Part shown: positions 50,864-59,475 of the stretch, one piece after another | How positions within the stretch are numbered: the stretch's first letter is position 1 | How the letters are laid out: each line of letters starts with the position of its first letter | Origin: an uncultured Pseudomonadota bacterium | GTDB lineage: Bacteria; Pseudomonadota; Gammaproteobacteria; Xanthomonadales; Rhodanobacteraceae | Direction of reading: 5' to 3' | Assembly (NCBI GenBank): GCA_963779795.1 | Contig: CAVZZK010000004.1 | Location: 129,967-193,966 of the forward strand | Length of the DNA stretch: 64,000 nucleotides | Program-made: the position numbers and the translations under genes | The notes under the pieces: generated by a model | Told to the model about the DNA's origin: nothing | Database searches by the model: none | What the model saw: only the letters and a program-made list of their open reading frames with translations

Positions 50864-51784
50864 CTAAACGGCGGCCGCACCGCCGACGATTTCGCTGATT
50901 TCCTGCGTAATCGCCGCCTGGCGCGCCTTGTTGTAGATGAGCGTGAGCTCATCGATGACCGTGTTCGCGTTGTCCGACGCGCTCTTCATCGCAACCATGC
51001 GCGCGGCATGTTCGCTGGCCAGGTTTTCCAGCGTCGACTGGTACACCAGCGACTCGATGTAGCGCGTCATTACGTGGTCCAGCACCACCTGCGCATCGGG
51101 TTCGTACAGATAATCCCAGTCGTGCGCACGCTTGGCGTCAATCGCGACGACGGTATCGCCATCGCCCGAATCACGCGCTTCCTCGCGTATTTCCTCGGCG
51201 GCCGTCGGTAGCGGCAGCAGCGTATCCAGACGCGGCTTCTGCACCATGGTGTTGACGAAATCGTTGTAGGCCAGCACCAGCCGGTCGACGCGGCCTTCGC
51301 TGTAGGCGTCAAGCATGATCTTGACCGCGCCGATCAGCTTCTCCAGCTTCGGGTTTTCGCCAAGATGCGTGACGCTGCCGACCAGGTTGAGCTTCAGCCG
51401 CTTGAAGAAGGCGTTGGCCTTGCTGCCAACGGCGACGACGTCGACTTCGACATTCTTCTTCTGCCACTCGCGGATTTCGGCCAGCAGCTTGCGGAACAGG
51501 TTCGAGTTGAGGCCGCCGCACAGGCCGCGGTCCGTGGACACGATGATGTAACCGACGCGCTTGATCTCGTCGCGCGGGGTCAGGAACGGATGCTTGTATT
51601 CGGTGTTCGCGTACGCCAGATGGCCGATGACCTGGCGCATGGCATGCGCGTACGGACGCGATGCGCGCATCAGGTCCTGGGCCTTGCGGATTTTCGAAGC
51701 CGAGACCATTTCCAGCGCACGCGTGACCTTGCGCATATTCTGCGTGCTCTTGATCTTGGTTCGTATTTCTCTTGCGCCAGCCAT
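50864..51784 (-). CDS. atpG: F1 ATP synthase subunit gamma
   Basis: [36 protein letters not shown]... and C-terminal ...[15 protein letters not shown]; 306 aa. Confidence 0.95.
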   Translation of the reverse strand: MAGAREIRTKIKSTQNMRKVTRALEMVSASKIRKAQDLMRASRPYAHAMRQVIGHLAYANTEYKHPFLTPRDEIKRVGYIIVSTDRGLCGGLNSNLFRKLLAEIREWQKKNVEVDVVAVGSKANAFFKRLKLNLVGSVTHLGENPKLEKLIGAVKIMLDAYSEGRVDRLVLAYNDFVNTMVQKPRLDTLLPLPTAAEEIREEARDSGDGDTVVAIDAKRAHDWDYLYEPDAQVVLDHVMTRYIESLVYQSTLENLASEHAARMVAMKSASDNANTVIDELTLIYNKARQAAITQEISEIVGGAAAV

Positions 51785-51814
51785 GAATATTCCCGTTAGA
51801 CGTGAGACATTGGA

Positions 51815-51858
51815 CGTGAGACGAAAAGGCGGGAAGCGTGACGCTTTTGCGTCTTGCC
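51815..51858. repeat. Left arm of the nested inverted repeat flanking atpA (atpA-atpG spacer)
   Basis: Plus strand: CGTGAGACG 51815-23 (an extra copy CGTGAGAC is at 51801-08) and GCGTCTTGCC 51849-58. Confidence 0.5.
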
Positions 51859-51874
51859 TATCCCGTCATTCGTC

Positions 51875-53422
51875 TTACCAGCTTCCCGTCTTCTTGAACT
51901 CCTCGATGCCCTTTTTCAGGGTCGCTTCGATATCGTCGTTCCAGTCGGCCTTGTCGTTCGCGGCCTTGACCCAGTCGGTGTAGTTGTTGTCGAAGTGGGC
52001 GTGCAGGGCCTTTTCGAACGGCAGCACCTGGGCGACCGGCAGGTCGTCCAGATAGCCCTTCTCGGCCGCATACAGCGAAATGGCCATTTCGGCGATCGAC
52101 AACGGCGCGTACTGCGACTGCTTCATCAACTCGGTCACGCGCTGGCCGCGCTCGAGCTGGGCGCGGGTGGCCGCATCCAGGTCCGAGGCGAACTGCGCGA
52201 AGGCGGCCAGTTCGCGGTACTGCGCCAAGGCCAGTTTCACGCCGCCGGACAGCTTTTTGATGATCTTGGTCTGCGCCGCGCCACCAACACGCGACACCGA
52301 GATGCCGGCGTTCACGGCCGGCCGGATGCCGGCGTTGAACAGGTCGGTCTCAAGGAAGATCTGGCCGTCGGTAATCGAGATCACGTTGGTCGGCACGAAC
52401 GCCGAAACGTCACCGGCCTGGGTTTCGATGATCGGCAGCGCGGTGAGCGAGCCGGTCTTGCCCTTGACGGCGCCGTTGGTGGCTTTCTCGACGTACTCCT
52501 CGTTGACGCGCGCGGCGCGCTCGAGCAGACGCGAGTGCAGGTAGAAGACGTCGCCCGGGTAGGCTTCGCGGCCCGGTGGACGGCGCAGCAGCAGCGAAAT
52601 CTGGCGATAGGCCCAAGCCTGCTTGGTCAGGTCGTCGTAGATGATCAGCGCGTCTTCGCCGCTGTCGCGGAAGAACTCGCCCATGGCGCAGCCCGAATAC
52701 GGCGCGATGTATTGCATCGCGGCGGACTCGGAAGCCGAGGCCGAGACGATAATGGTGTGATCCAGCGCGCCGTATTCCTCGAGCTTGCGCACGACGTTGG
52801 CGATCGACGACTGTTTCTGGCCGATGGCGACGTAGATACATTTCACGCCGCTGCTTTTCTGGTTGATGATCGCATCAATGGCGAGCGCGGTCTTGCCGGT
52901 TTGGCGGTCGCCGATGATCAGCTCACGCTGGCCGCGGCCGATCGGGATCATCGAGTCGACCGACTTGTAGCCGGTCTGCACCGGCTGCGATACGGATTTG
53001 CGCCAGATCACGCCCGGGGCAACCTTCTCGATCGGGCTGCTGGCTTCGGCCTGGATCGGGCCCTTGCCGTCGATCGGCTGGCCGAGCGCGTTGACCACGC
53101 GGCCGAGCAAGGCCTTGCCGGTCGGCACTTCGAGAATGCGCCCGGTGGTCTTGACCGTATCGCCCTCACTCAGGTGCTCGTACTCGCCCAGCACCACGGC
53201 GCCGACCGAATCGCGCTCCAGGTTCAGCGCCAGGCCGAAGGTGTTGCCGGGCATCTCGATCATTTCGCCGGACATCGCGTCGGCCAGCCCGTGAATGCGC
53301 ACGATACCGTCGGACACGGAGACAATGGTGCCTTCGTTGCGGGCTTCGGCAGCGAGCTTGACCTTCTCGATGCGTTCGCGGATCAGGTCGCTGATTTCGG
53401 ATGGATTAAGCGTGGTTGCCAT
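51875..53422 (-). CDS. atpA: F1 ATP synthase subunit alpha
   Basis: Start at ATG 53422 ([18 protein letters not shown]). Walker [10 protein letters not shown]; 515 aa. Confidence 0.97.
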   Translation of the reverse strand: MATTLNPSEISDLIRERIEKVKLAAEARNEGTIVSVSDGIVRIHGLADAMSGEMIEMPGNTFGLALNLERDSVGAVVLGEYEHLSEGDTVKTTGRILEVPTGKALLGRVVNALGQPIDGKGPIQAEASSPIEKVAPGVIWRKSVSQPVQTGYKSVDSMIPIGRGQRELIIGDRQTGKTALAIDAIINQKSSGVKCIYVAIGQKQSSIANVVRKLEEYGALDHTIIVSASASESAAMQYIAPYSGCAMGEFFRDSGEDALIIYDDLTKQAWAYRQISLLLRRPPGREAYPGDVFYLHSRLLERAARVNEEYVEKATNGAVKGKTGSLTALPIIETQAGDVSAFVPTNVISITDGQIFLETDLFNAGIRPAVNAGISVSRVGGAAQTKIIKKLSGGVKLALAQYRELAAFAQFASDLDAATRAQLERGQRVTELMKQSQYAPLSIAEMAISLYAAEKGYLDDLPVAQVLPFEKALHAHFDNNYTDWVKAANDKADWNDDIEATLKKGIEEFKKTGSW

Positions 53423-53478
53423 TTCGGTTTCCTCGTTCACACGTCGTGGTAGCGACGCATGGTGATTTTGAATTCTTG

Positions 53479-53552
53479 GGCAAGACGCGAGATGCAAGAA
53501 GCCGGACGCCGAATGGATCGAACGTCCTGGGTCTTACCTGTCACGTCTCACG
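53479..53552. repeat. Right arm of the nested inverted repeat flanking atpA (atpH-atpA spacer)
   Basis: Plus strand: GGCAAGACGC 53479-88 (reverse complement of 51849-58) and CGTCTCACG 53544-52 (reverse complement of 51815-23). Confidence 0.5.
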
Positions 53553-53554
53553 AG

Positions 53555-54088
53555 CTAGTGCACCAGCGCGGTTTCGAGCCGCGCCAGACGGCCGCTTACC
53601 GAACCGTCGATCACCGTGTCGCCGGCGTCGATGACCGCGCCACCGATGACTTCGGGGTCGATAAGCTGTTGCATCCGGATATCGCGCTGGAAACGTTTCT
53701 TCAGCGCGGCCTTGATCGCGGTTTCCTGATCGGCGCTCAATGCCGAGGCCGTGCGCAGGGTGACCATGAGCACGTGTTCGGCATCGCGCTTGTACTTTTC
53801 GAACAGCGCCAGGATGTCGCTGAGCAGTTCGACGCGCTGGTTCTCGACCAGCAGGCCGAGAAACACGGCGAACGACGAATCGGCAGGCACGCCGGGCGGC
53901 AACAGCAGCGCGACCAGATCGCCCTGGTCCAGGCGCGGGTCGCCGACGACCGCGTGCACGCGCTCGTCGGCGATTGCCTGCGCGGCGAAGGCGAGATGGT
54001 CCGCCCAGACCGGCAGCGCGCCGGCGTCGCGCGCGGCTTCGAAAGCCGCTCGCGCGTAGGGTCGGGCCAGAGTCAGCGGTTCGCTCAT
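53555..54088 (-). CDS. atpH: F1 ATP synthase subunit delta
   Basis: MSEPLTLARPYARAAFEAA... OSCP-like; 177 aa; position in the operon. Confidence 0.9.
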   Translation of the reverse strand: MSEPLTLARPYARAAFEAARDAGALPVWADHLAFAAQAIADERVHAVVGDPRLDQGDLVALLLPPGVPADSSFAVFLGLLVENQRVELLSDILALFEKYKRDAEHVLMVTLRTASALSADQETAIKAALKKRFQRDIRMQQLIDPEVIGGAVIDAGDTVIDGSVSGRLARLETALVH

Positions 54089-54090
54089 GA

Positions 54091-54561
54091 TCAGATCTCG
54101 GCGATCAGCTGATCGAGCAACGCCTTGTGGGCGCCGGGATCGATCTCGCGCTGGATGATCTTCTGCGCGCCCTGCACGGCCAGCGTGGCAACCTGGCCAC
54201 GCAGCTGTTCACGGGCGCGGCCGATCAGGCCGTCGATCTCGGCTTGCGCCGTGGCTTTCTGACGCGCCGCTTCGAGCAGCGCATCGGCCTTGGCCTTGTC
54301 GACGATCTGGCTGGCTTGCTGATGCGCCTTGTCCACGATCTCGGCAGCCTGGGCGCGGGCCTTCTTGATTTCTTCGGCCACGCGCGCGTCGGCGTCCTTG
54401 AGTTCGGCCTGGGCACGTTCGGCGGCGCTGAGGCCGTCGGCGATGCGTTTGGCGCGCTCGTCCATGGCCTGCATCAGCGGCGGCCACAGGAACTTCATCG
54501 TGAACCAGATCAGGATCCCGAAGACCAGAATCTGGGCGAGGAGAGTTGCATTAATGCTCAC
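54091..54561 (-). CDS. atpF: F0 ATP synthase subunit b
   Basis: GTG start. Single N-terminal TM ([23 protein letters not shown]) followed by a long charged helix; 156 aa. Confidence 0.9.
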   Translation of the reverse strand: MSINATLLAQILVFGILIWFTMKFLWPPLMQAMDERAKRIADGLSAAERAQAELKDADARVAEEIKKARAQAAEIVDKAHQQASQIVDKAKADALLEAARQKATAQAEIDGLIGRAREQLRGQVATLAVQGAQKIIQREIDPGAHKALLDQLIAEI

Positions 54562-54598
54562 GAGCTATCCCTCGTCAAAAGCGGTTGATGGATACCCG

Positions 54599-54946
<348 letters not shown>

Positions 54947-55951
54947 TCAGTGGTGGTCTGCGGCCATGGCCATGTAAACCACCGACAGCACCATGAAGAT
55001 GTAAGCCTGCAACGAAATGATAAGAACGTGGAACAGGGCCCAGCCTACGGCCAACATGATCTGCACGTATGCGCTGGTGCCAGCCGCCGGGATCAAGTGA
55101 AACAGGCCAAGAATCGGGATCCCCAACAAAAGCGCCACAGCCCACCAGGCTTTTTTGTTGGCAAACAGGTAAACGGTCAAGACCGTCAGGGCTGCGAAGA
55201 TAAAGAAAGAGCCGAGGTTTATCGCCGTTTCCTCCGCTGGCGCACTCAAACCGAGCGTGAAACACGCGAGCAACACAAAGATGATTTCGCCGGCATACAT
55301 GTTGCCGAACAGTCGCAGGCCCAAACTGATCGGCTTGGCCAGCTCTTCCACGCACTTGAGCAGGAAGTTGATCGGCATCAGCAATACCTTGACAAAGATA
55401 TTATTGGCGCTGAAGGGATGGAACAGGAATTCGCTGCCGACGCCGCGGGCACCCTTGGCGACGAAACTGTAGGTCATGGCGATCAGGAACACCGTGATCG
55501 ACATGCCCAGGGTGATGTTGGGATCGGCGGACGGCACCACGCGCAGATGTCCCACGCCAACGTCGCCGGCAAGGCCGGGCAGCAGGTCGACCGGGAGCAG
55601 ATCCATGAAGTTCATGAAGAACACCCAGAAGGCGATAAGCAGTGCCATCGGGGCGACGAAACGCGCGCCGTGGTGGTAGGCATCCTTGACCTGGCTGTCA
55701 ACGAAGCCGATGCACATCTCGATGAAGTTCTGCCACTTGCCGGGCACGCCCGTGCTGGCCTTGCGCGCGGCCGAGCCGAACATGACGATGAAGATCGCCG
55801 CCAACAGCAGCGAAAAGAACACCGAATCCAGGTTCAGAACCCAGAAACCGCTCGAACCCTCGACAATCTTCCACGTGCGCAGGTCGAGCTGCAGGAAGGT
55901 CAGGTGATGCAGTATGTAACTGCCGGCGCTGTGAGTGGCTTCGGTCGCCAT
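54947..55951 (-). CDS. atpB: F0 ATP synthase subunit a, 334 aa, with an extra ~60-70-aa hydrophobic segment before the last helix
   Basis: Conserved ...AKPISLGLRLFGNMYAGE... (essential Arg helix) and ...WALFHVLIISLQAYIFMVLSVVY... (last helix). The two are separated by 88 residues from GE to FH, against 28 in my recollection of the E. coli sequence. Confidence 0.9.
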   Translation of the reverse strand: MATEATHSAGSYILHHLTFLQLDLRTWKIVEGSSGFWVLNLDSVFFSLLLAAIFIVMFGSAARKASTGVPGKWQNFIEMCIGFVDSQVKDAYHHGARFVAPMALLIAFWVFFMNFMDLLPVDLLPGLAGDVGVGHLRVVPSADPNITLGMSITVFLIAMTYSFVAKGARGVGSEFLFHPFSANNIFVKVLLMPINFLLKCVEELAKPISLGLRLFGNMYAGEIIFVLLACFTLGLSAPAEETAINLGSFFIFAALTVLTVYLFANKKAWWAVALLLGIPILGLFHLIPAAGTSAYVQIMLAVGWALFHVLIISLQAYIFMVLSVVYMAMAADHH

Positions 55952-56004
55952 GTGTCAAGCAATCCCGTTTCAGTAAACAACGTCAACAATTTCCACGCCG
56001 CCGT

Positions 56005-56385
56005 TCAATTATGCGGCGCCCAGCCTTCATGCAGGCCCAGCAATTGCGGTATGAGCGCTGCAATCAACCCGGCAAGTACCGCGAATCCCGGCATGCCGGC
56101 TTTCACCATCACCAGATACAAGCCTGCGGCGATGATTCCCCACTTGAGCACGCTGCCGACGATCAACCGCGCAAGCACCACGCCTGCCGGTGCCGGCGCC
56201 GGGCCGAACAAGCGCAGGCCCAGTACCGCCGTGCCTGCGGCAGCAACCAGGCCGCCGCATAGCGTCGCCAGTCCGAAACGCCATCCAAACACCGACGATG
56301 CGGCTGCTGCCAGCGCCGTGGCGCCAAGTTGTGCAACGACGACACGAATGGCGAGCCGCCGGCCGGCAGCAATTGAATTTTGCAT
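56005..56385 (-). CDS. atpI: ATP synthase protein I
   Basis: Internal ATG 56385 of ORF 56005..56634 (MQNSIAAGRRLAIRVVVAQLGATALAAA...). Small 4-helix hydrophobic protein at the first position of the atp operon. Confidence 0.7.
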   Translation of the reverse strand: MQNSIAAGRRLAIRVVVAQLGATALAAAASSVFGWRFGLATLCGGLVAAAGTAVLGLRLFGPAPAPAGVVLARLIVGSVLKWGIIAAGLYLVMVKAGMPGFAVLAGLIAALIPQLLGLHEGWAPHN

Positions 56386-56930
56386 CGGAGCAGTACAATC
56401 CCGGTTCCGCCCATGCGCAATCAGATGCGCCGAGGTAGACCGATCGACAAGGCCTTCAATTATAACAATTGCCGGCTCGATGCTGCAACACGGAAACGGC
56501 GCGAAGAATGATCGCGTTACGGCACAAATCGCCCCAGATTTCGCCCAATTGCACGATATTGTCGATATGTCCGCCGTCGAACCGCCTGAAGTCGACCGGA
56601 TGCTCCGCAATCCAGCCACGGCCCGCGAAGTCATGGTTCGTTGCAGGCCTCGCGCCGGGCCACAACGGATTGATATCGCCTTCAGCAGGGTACGAGAATT
56701 GCGCGTGGCGCGTGGTCGGTAAATCGGCCTCGCAAGTACGGTGTCACATCGGCATCAATGCTGTAGCTCGCGATCAGGCGCTGAGGGTCGGGCCCGAACG
56801 CACTCACGGAGTCGGCATGGCGTCTGGTTGGCTGCAGGAATGTAATGATTACCGCGGCTGCCTTGCGAGTGTGGTGCCGGCCTCGGCATAATCGGTAGCA
56901 TTCAGGGGTGTCAGTGCGCGGGGAAGCGAT

Positions 56931-57836
56931 ATGGGCAACGCGAAAGACTACTTCGTCGACGTTGCGGCAGGGCAGACCGTATTCAAAACCGGTCAAGCCG
57001 CGGAGTGTCTTTACGTCGTCGAATCCGGGCAGATCGATATCCTGCACGATGAACCGGCCGAAGTCGCGAATTTCAGCGTCGGACCGGGCGAATTTCTTGG
57101 CGAAGAGGCGGCGCTGGGCCACCAGAGCTATGGTGTTACCGCATTGGCCAAGTCGAATTGCCGCCTGCTGCGCATCGATCATGCTGCGCTGGCGGATACC
57201 GTGCGCCATACCCCGGACATCGGGCTGAGCCTGATCCGGGCGCTGGTGACCCGGCAATGGCACCGACAACATGCGCTGGTTCAGGCCTTGCAAATTCAAG
57301 CCAGCGCCGGGCTGGTCAGCCCGGCACCAGCACCGGCGGCAGCACGGCCGGCACCTTCGTCGTCTCCATCGCCTTCCGCGGCCCCGGTTTCGCCGCCGCC
57401 CGCGCCTGCGTCGTCTCCATCGCCTTCAGCGGCCCCGGTTTCGCCGCCACCCGTGCCTGCGTCGTCTCCATCGCCTTCCGCGGCCCCGGTTTCGCCGCCG
57501 CTCGCGCCTGAGGCGGTGGCCCTGCGGGTTGTTTCAGTCGATCAGGTCCTGGCGCTGGATCCGGCGCGCGATCAGTTCCAGGTCGGGCGCCCCGATCCGT
57601 CCACCGGCCGCGTGCCGGAAATCGACCTGGGTCCGTTCGACAACCTGCGTACCCTCAGTCGCCGCCACGCCAAAATCCTGCGCGACGGCGGCGTATACTT
57701 TATTTGCGAAGACACGCCGACAACCAACGGTACATTCCTCAACGGAAATCGTTTGCAGAGCGGTACGCGTGCCGAATTGAAACCAGGTGACAAGGTGTGC
57801 TTCGGTTCCATTGAGGTCGAAATCGTCGCCGCGTAG
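56931..57836 (+). CDS. Cyclic-nucleotide-binding domain / P-S-A-rich repeat linker / FHA domain protein
   Basis: ATG 56931 follows GGGGAAG. cNMP-binding beta-roll: VFKTGQAAECLYVVESGQIDIL...GPGEFLGEEAAL...TALAKSNCRLLRID. FHA: FQVGRPD...LSRRHAKILRDGGVYFICEDTPTTNGTFLNGNRL...GDKVCFGSIEVEI. Confidence 0.8.
   Translation: MGNAKDYFVDVAAGQTVFKTGQAAECLYVVESGQIDILHDEPAEVANFSVGPGEFLGEEAALGHQSYGVTALAKSNCRLLRIDHAALADTVRHTPDIGLSLIRALVTRQWHRQHALVQALQIQASAGLVSPAPAPAAARPAPSSSPSPSAAPVSPPPAPASSPSPSAAPVSPPPVPASSPSPSAAPVSPPLAPEAVALRVVSVDQVLALDPARDQFQVGRPDPSTGRVPEIDLGPFDNLRTLSRRHAKILRDGGVYFICEDTPTTNGTFLNGNRLQSGTRAELKPGDKVCFGSIEVEIVAA
57358..57510 (+). repeat. 3 x 51-bp near-identical tandem repeat inside the cNMP-FHA gene
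   Basis: Units 57358-57408, 57409-57459 and 57460-57510: CGTCGTCTCCATCGCCTTC(C/A)GCGGCCCCGGTTTCGCCGCC(G/A)C(C/T)CG(C/T)GCCTG. Each encodes SSPSPSAAPVSPP(P/L)(A/V)P(A/E). There are 3 or fewer differences per unit. Confidence 0.9.
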
Positions 57837-57851
57837 CTCATCGGAGGCAAG

Positions 57852-58814
57852 ATGGCAGATACCGAAAACAACTGGCAGAAGGCACTGGGCACCATCGATT
57901 TGTCGGCCATCGATTCGCTGAAGAAGCTCAAGCAGGAGCAGAATGAACTGTCCGAACGCCTGAAGTCGATGGAGGAACTCAAGGCCAGCGTGGCCGAGGC
58001 GGTTTACCAACGTGTGCAGGCCGATTACAGCAAGCGCACGCGGGATCTCGAGACCGAGGCTGCGCCGCTCAAGCAGGGCGCACGCGAACAATACGCAAAA
58101 TTGCGCGTGCTACTGGAACGATTCGAGTCCGATCACGAGGCGGTCAAGCTCGATCAGCAGGAGCTGGAGTTGCGCCACAAGCTCGGCGAATTCGATGACA
58201 AGGAATTTGAAAACAAGGTCAAGGCCATCCAGACCGCGGTCAAGGAAAAGGCGCAGGCGCGCACGCGGGCACTCGAGTTAAAGTCCAGGTTCATCGAGGC
58301 TTTTCATGCCGAGAGTGAGCTTGAGGCTACCGGCAAACCGGACAATCCGTCGGCGACCGGGCGCATGCCGGCTGTATCCGAATCAGCCGTCGCCGATGCG
58401 GTGGCGACGCGCTTGAACAACCAGAATTTGCCGCCGGACAAGCAACCGGGCAGGACCCAGACGATGTCCGCCGTAAATGTTCCCGCACCGCCACCGGCTG
58501 CCGGCGGCGCCACGCAGATATTCCGTGCGGCGCGGCTGGTGCCGCAGAACCCGGAGGCCGGCAGGCAGACTTACACTCTGACCTTGAAGCCGATCGCCAT
58601 CGGTGCCGGTGCCGGCAACGAAATTCGTGTTGGCGGTCCCGGCGTGGACGCCAAGCATGCGAGGATCATCGCCGGGGCCAATGGATTCAGCATCACGGAT
58701 CTGGGCAGCAAGCATGGTACGCGCGTGAATGCCGAGAAGGTCAAGGAACGCGTTTTGGCCAACGAGGACGTCGTGCAGATCGGTGCGGCACGTTTCGTGT
58801 TTCGCGAAGGCTGA
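57852..58814 (+). CDS. Coiled-coil / FHA domain protein
   Basis: ATG 57852 follows GGAGG. The N-terminal ~170 aa are heptad-rich and charged (KKLKQEQNELSERLKSMEELKASV...). C-terminal FHA: IAIGAGAGNEIRVGGPGVDAKHARIIAGANGFSITDLGSKHGTRVNAEKV...VQIGAARFVF. Confidence 0.8.
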   Translation: MADTENNWQKALGTIDLSAIDSLKKLKQEQNELSERLKSMEELKASVAEAVYQRVQADYSKRTRDLETEAAPLKQGAREQYAKLRVLLERFESDHEAVKLDQQELELRHKLGEFDDKEFENKVKAIQTAVKEKAQARTRALELKSRFIEAFHAESELEATGKPDNPSATGRMPAVSESAVADAVATRLNNQNLPPDKQPGRTQTMSAVNVPAPPPAAGGATQIFRAARLVPQNPEAGRQTYTLTLKPIAIGAGAGNEIRVGGPGVDAKHARIIAGANGFSITDLGSKHGTRVNAEKVKERVLANEDVVQIGAARFVFREG

Positions 58815-58820
58815 GAAAAA

Positions 58821-59453
58821 ATGGGCATCCAGATCCAGAACGAACAACACGACAACGTCCGCGTTCTGGCGCTTGGTGGGCGTCTGGATACGGAAACCGC
58901 CGCGGACGTCGAGATTGCTTTCGATGACCTGCTCGATGCGGGTGACCGTCACTTCCTGATCGACCTGGGCGGCATAGGCTATGTCAGCAGTGCCGGGTTG
59001 CGCGTGCTACTGGCACTGGCAAAGAAACTGGATGGCGGCAAGGGCAGTCTGCGGCTGTGTAGCCTCACGCCTGCGGTGCGTCAGGTATTTGATGTCGCCG
59101 GATTCAGCAAACTTTTCGCGATTGCCACCGATCGCGCCGCTGCATTGGGTACTCCGCCGCGGCCCAAGCCTGCGGCACGTCCGTCCAATCCGATGGCAGA
59201 ACATGCCGCGCGACTTCTTGGCCTTGGTGGCAAGCCGACCACGCCGGGCAACGCGGCAGCGGTCATTGCGCCTGTCGCTGCGCTGCTTCTCGGGATCCAG
59301 CCGACAGCGGCTGCGGCCGGAGCCAAGTCGTCGTCGCGTTCGTTGCCGCGGACACCGGTGCAGCCAACGGGGGGAGCGTCCGCAGCGCCCATTGCGGCAG
59401 AGTCTGCAGGTGTGATGGGCAAGTTCAAGCGCCTGTTTGGCGGCAAGCGCTGA
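58821..59453 (+). CDS. STAS-domain (SpoIIAA/RsbV-like anti-sigma-factor antagonist) protein with a ~100-aa P/A-rich tail and a basic amphipathic C-terminus
   Basis: LALGGRLDTETAADVEIAFDDLLDAGDRHFLIDLGGIGYVSSAGLRVLLALAKK. This includes the conserved phospho-acceptor context (V-S-S-x-G-L). The tail ends GVMGKFKRLFGGKR. Confidence 0.8.
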   Translation: MGIQIQNEQHDNVRVLALGGRLDTETAADVEIAFDDLLDAGDRHFLIDLGGIGYVSSAGLRVLLALAKKLDGGKGSLRLCSLTPAVRQVFDVAGFSKLFAIATDRAAALGTPPRPKPAARPSNPMAEHAARLLGLGGKPTTPGNAAAVIAPVAALLLGIQPTAAAAGAKSSSRSLPRTPVQPTGGASAAPIAAESAGVMGKFKRLFGGKR

Positions 59454-59475
59454 TTTCCGCGTGCTTTCGCACGGG

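Noticed and set aside
56682-57299. 205-aa minus-strand ORF overlapping the start of the cNMP-FHA gene
   Set aside because: Its 5' two-thirds are antisense to a clear cNMP-binding domain with a good RBS and ATG at 56931. Only its last ~200 nt look coding-like, and I discuss those as a possible remnant instead.
57301-57520. Pro/Ser/Ala-rich repeat read as a separate collagen-like or cell-surface repeat protein; overlapping track ORFs 57158..57511 and 57271..57780
   Set aside because: The repeat is in frame within a single ORF linking two well-defined cytoplasmic signalling domains. There is no signal peptide. The alternative-frame ORFs are R-rich artefacts of the same repeat.
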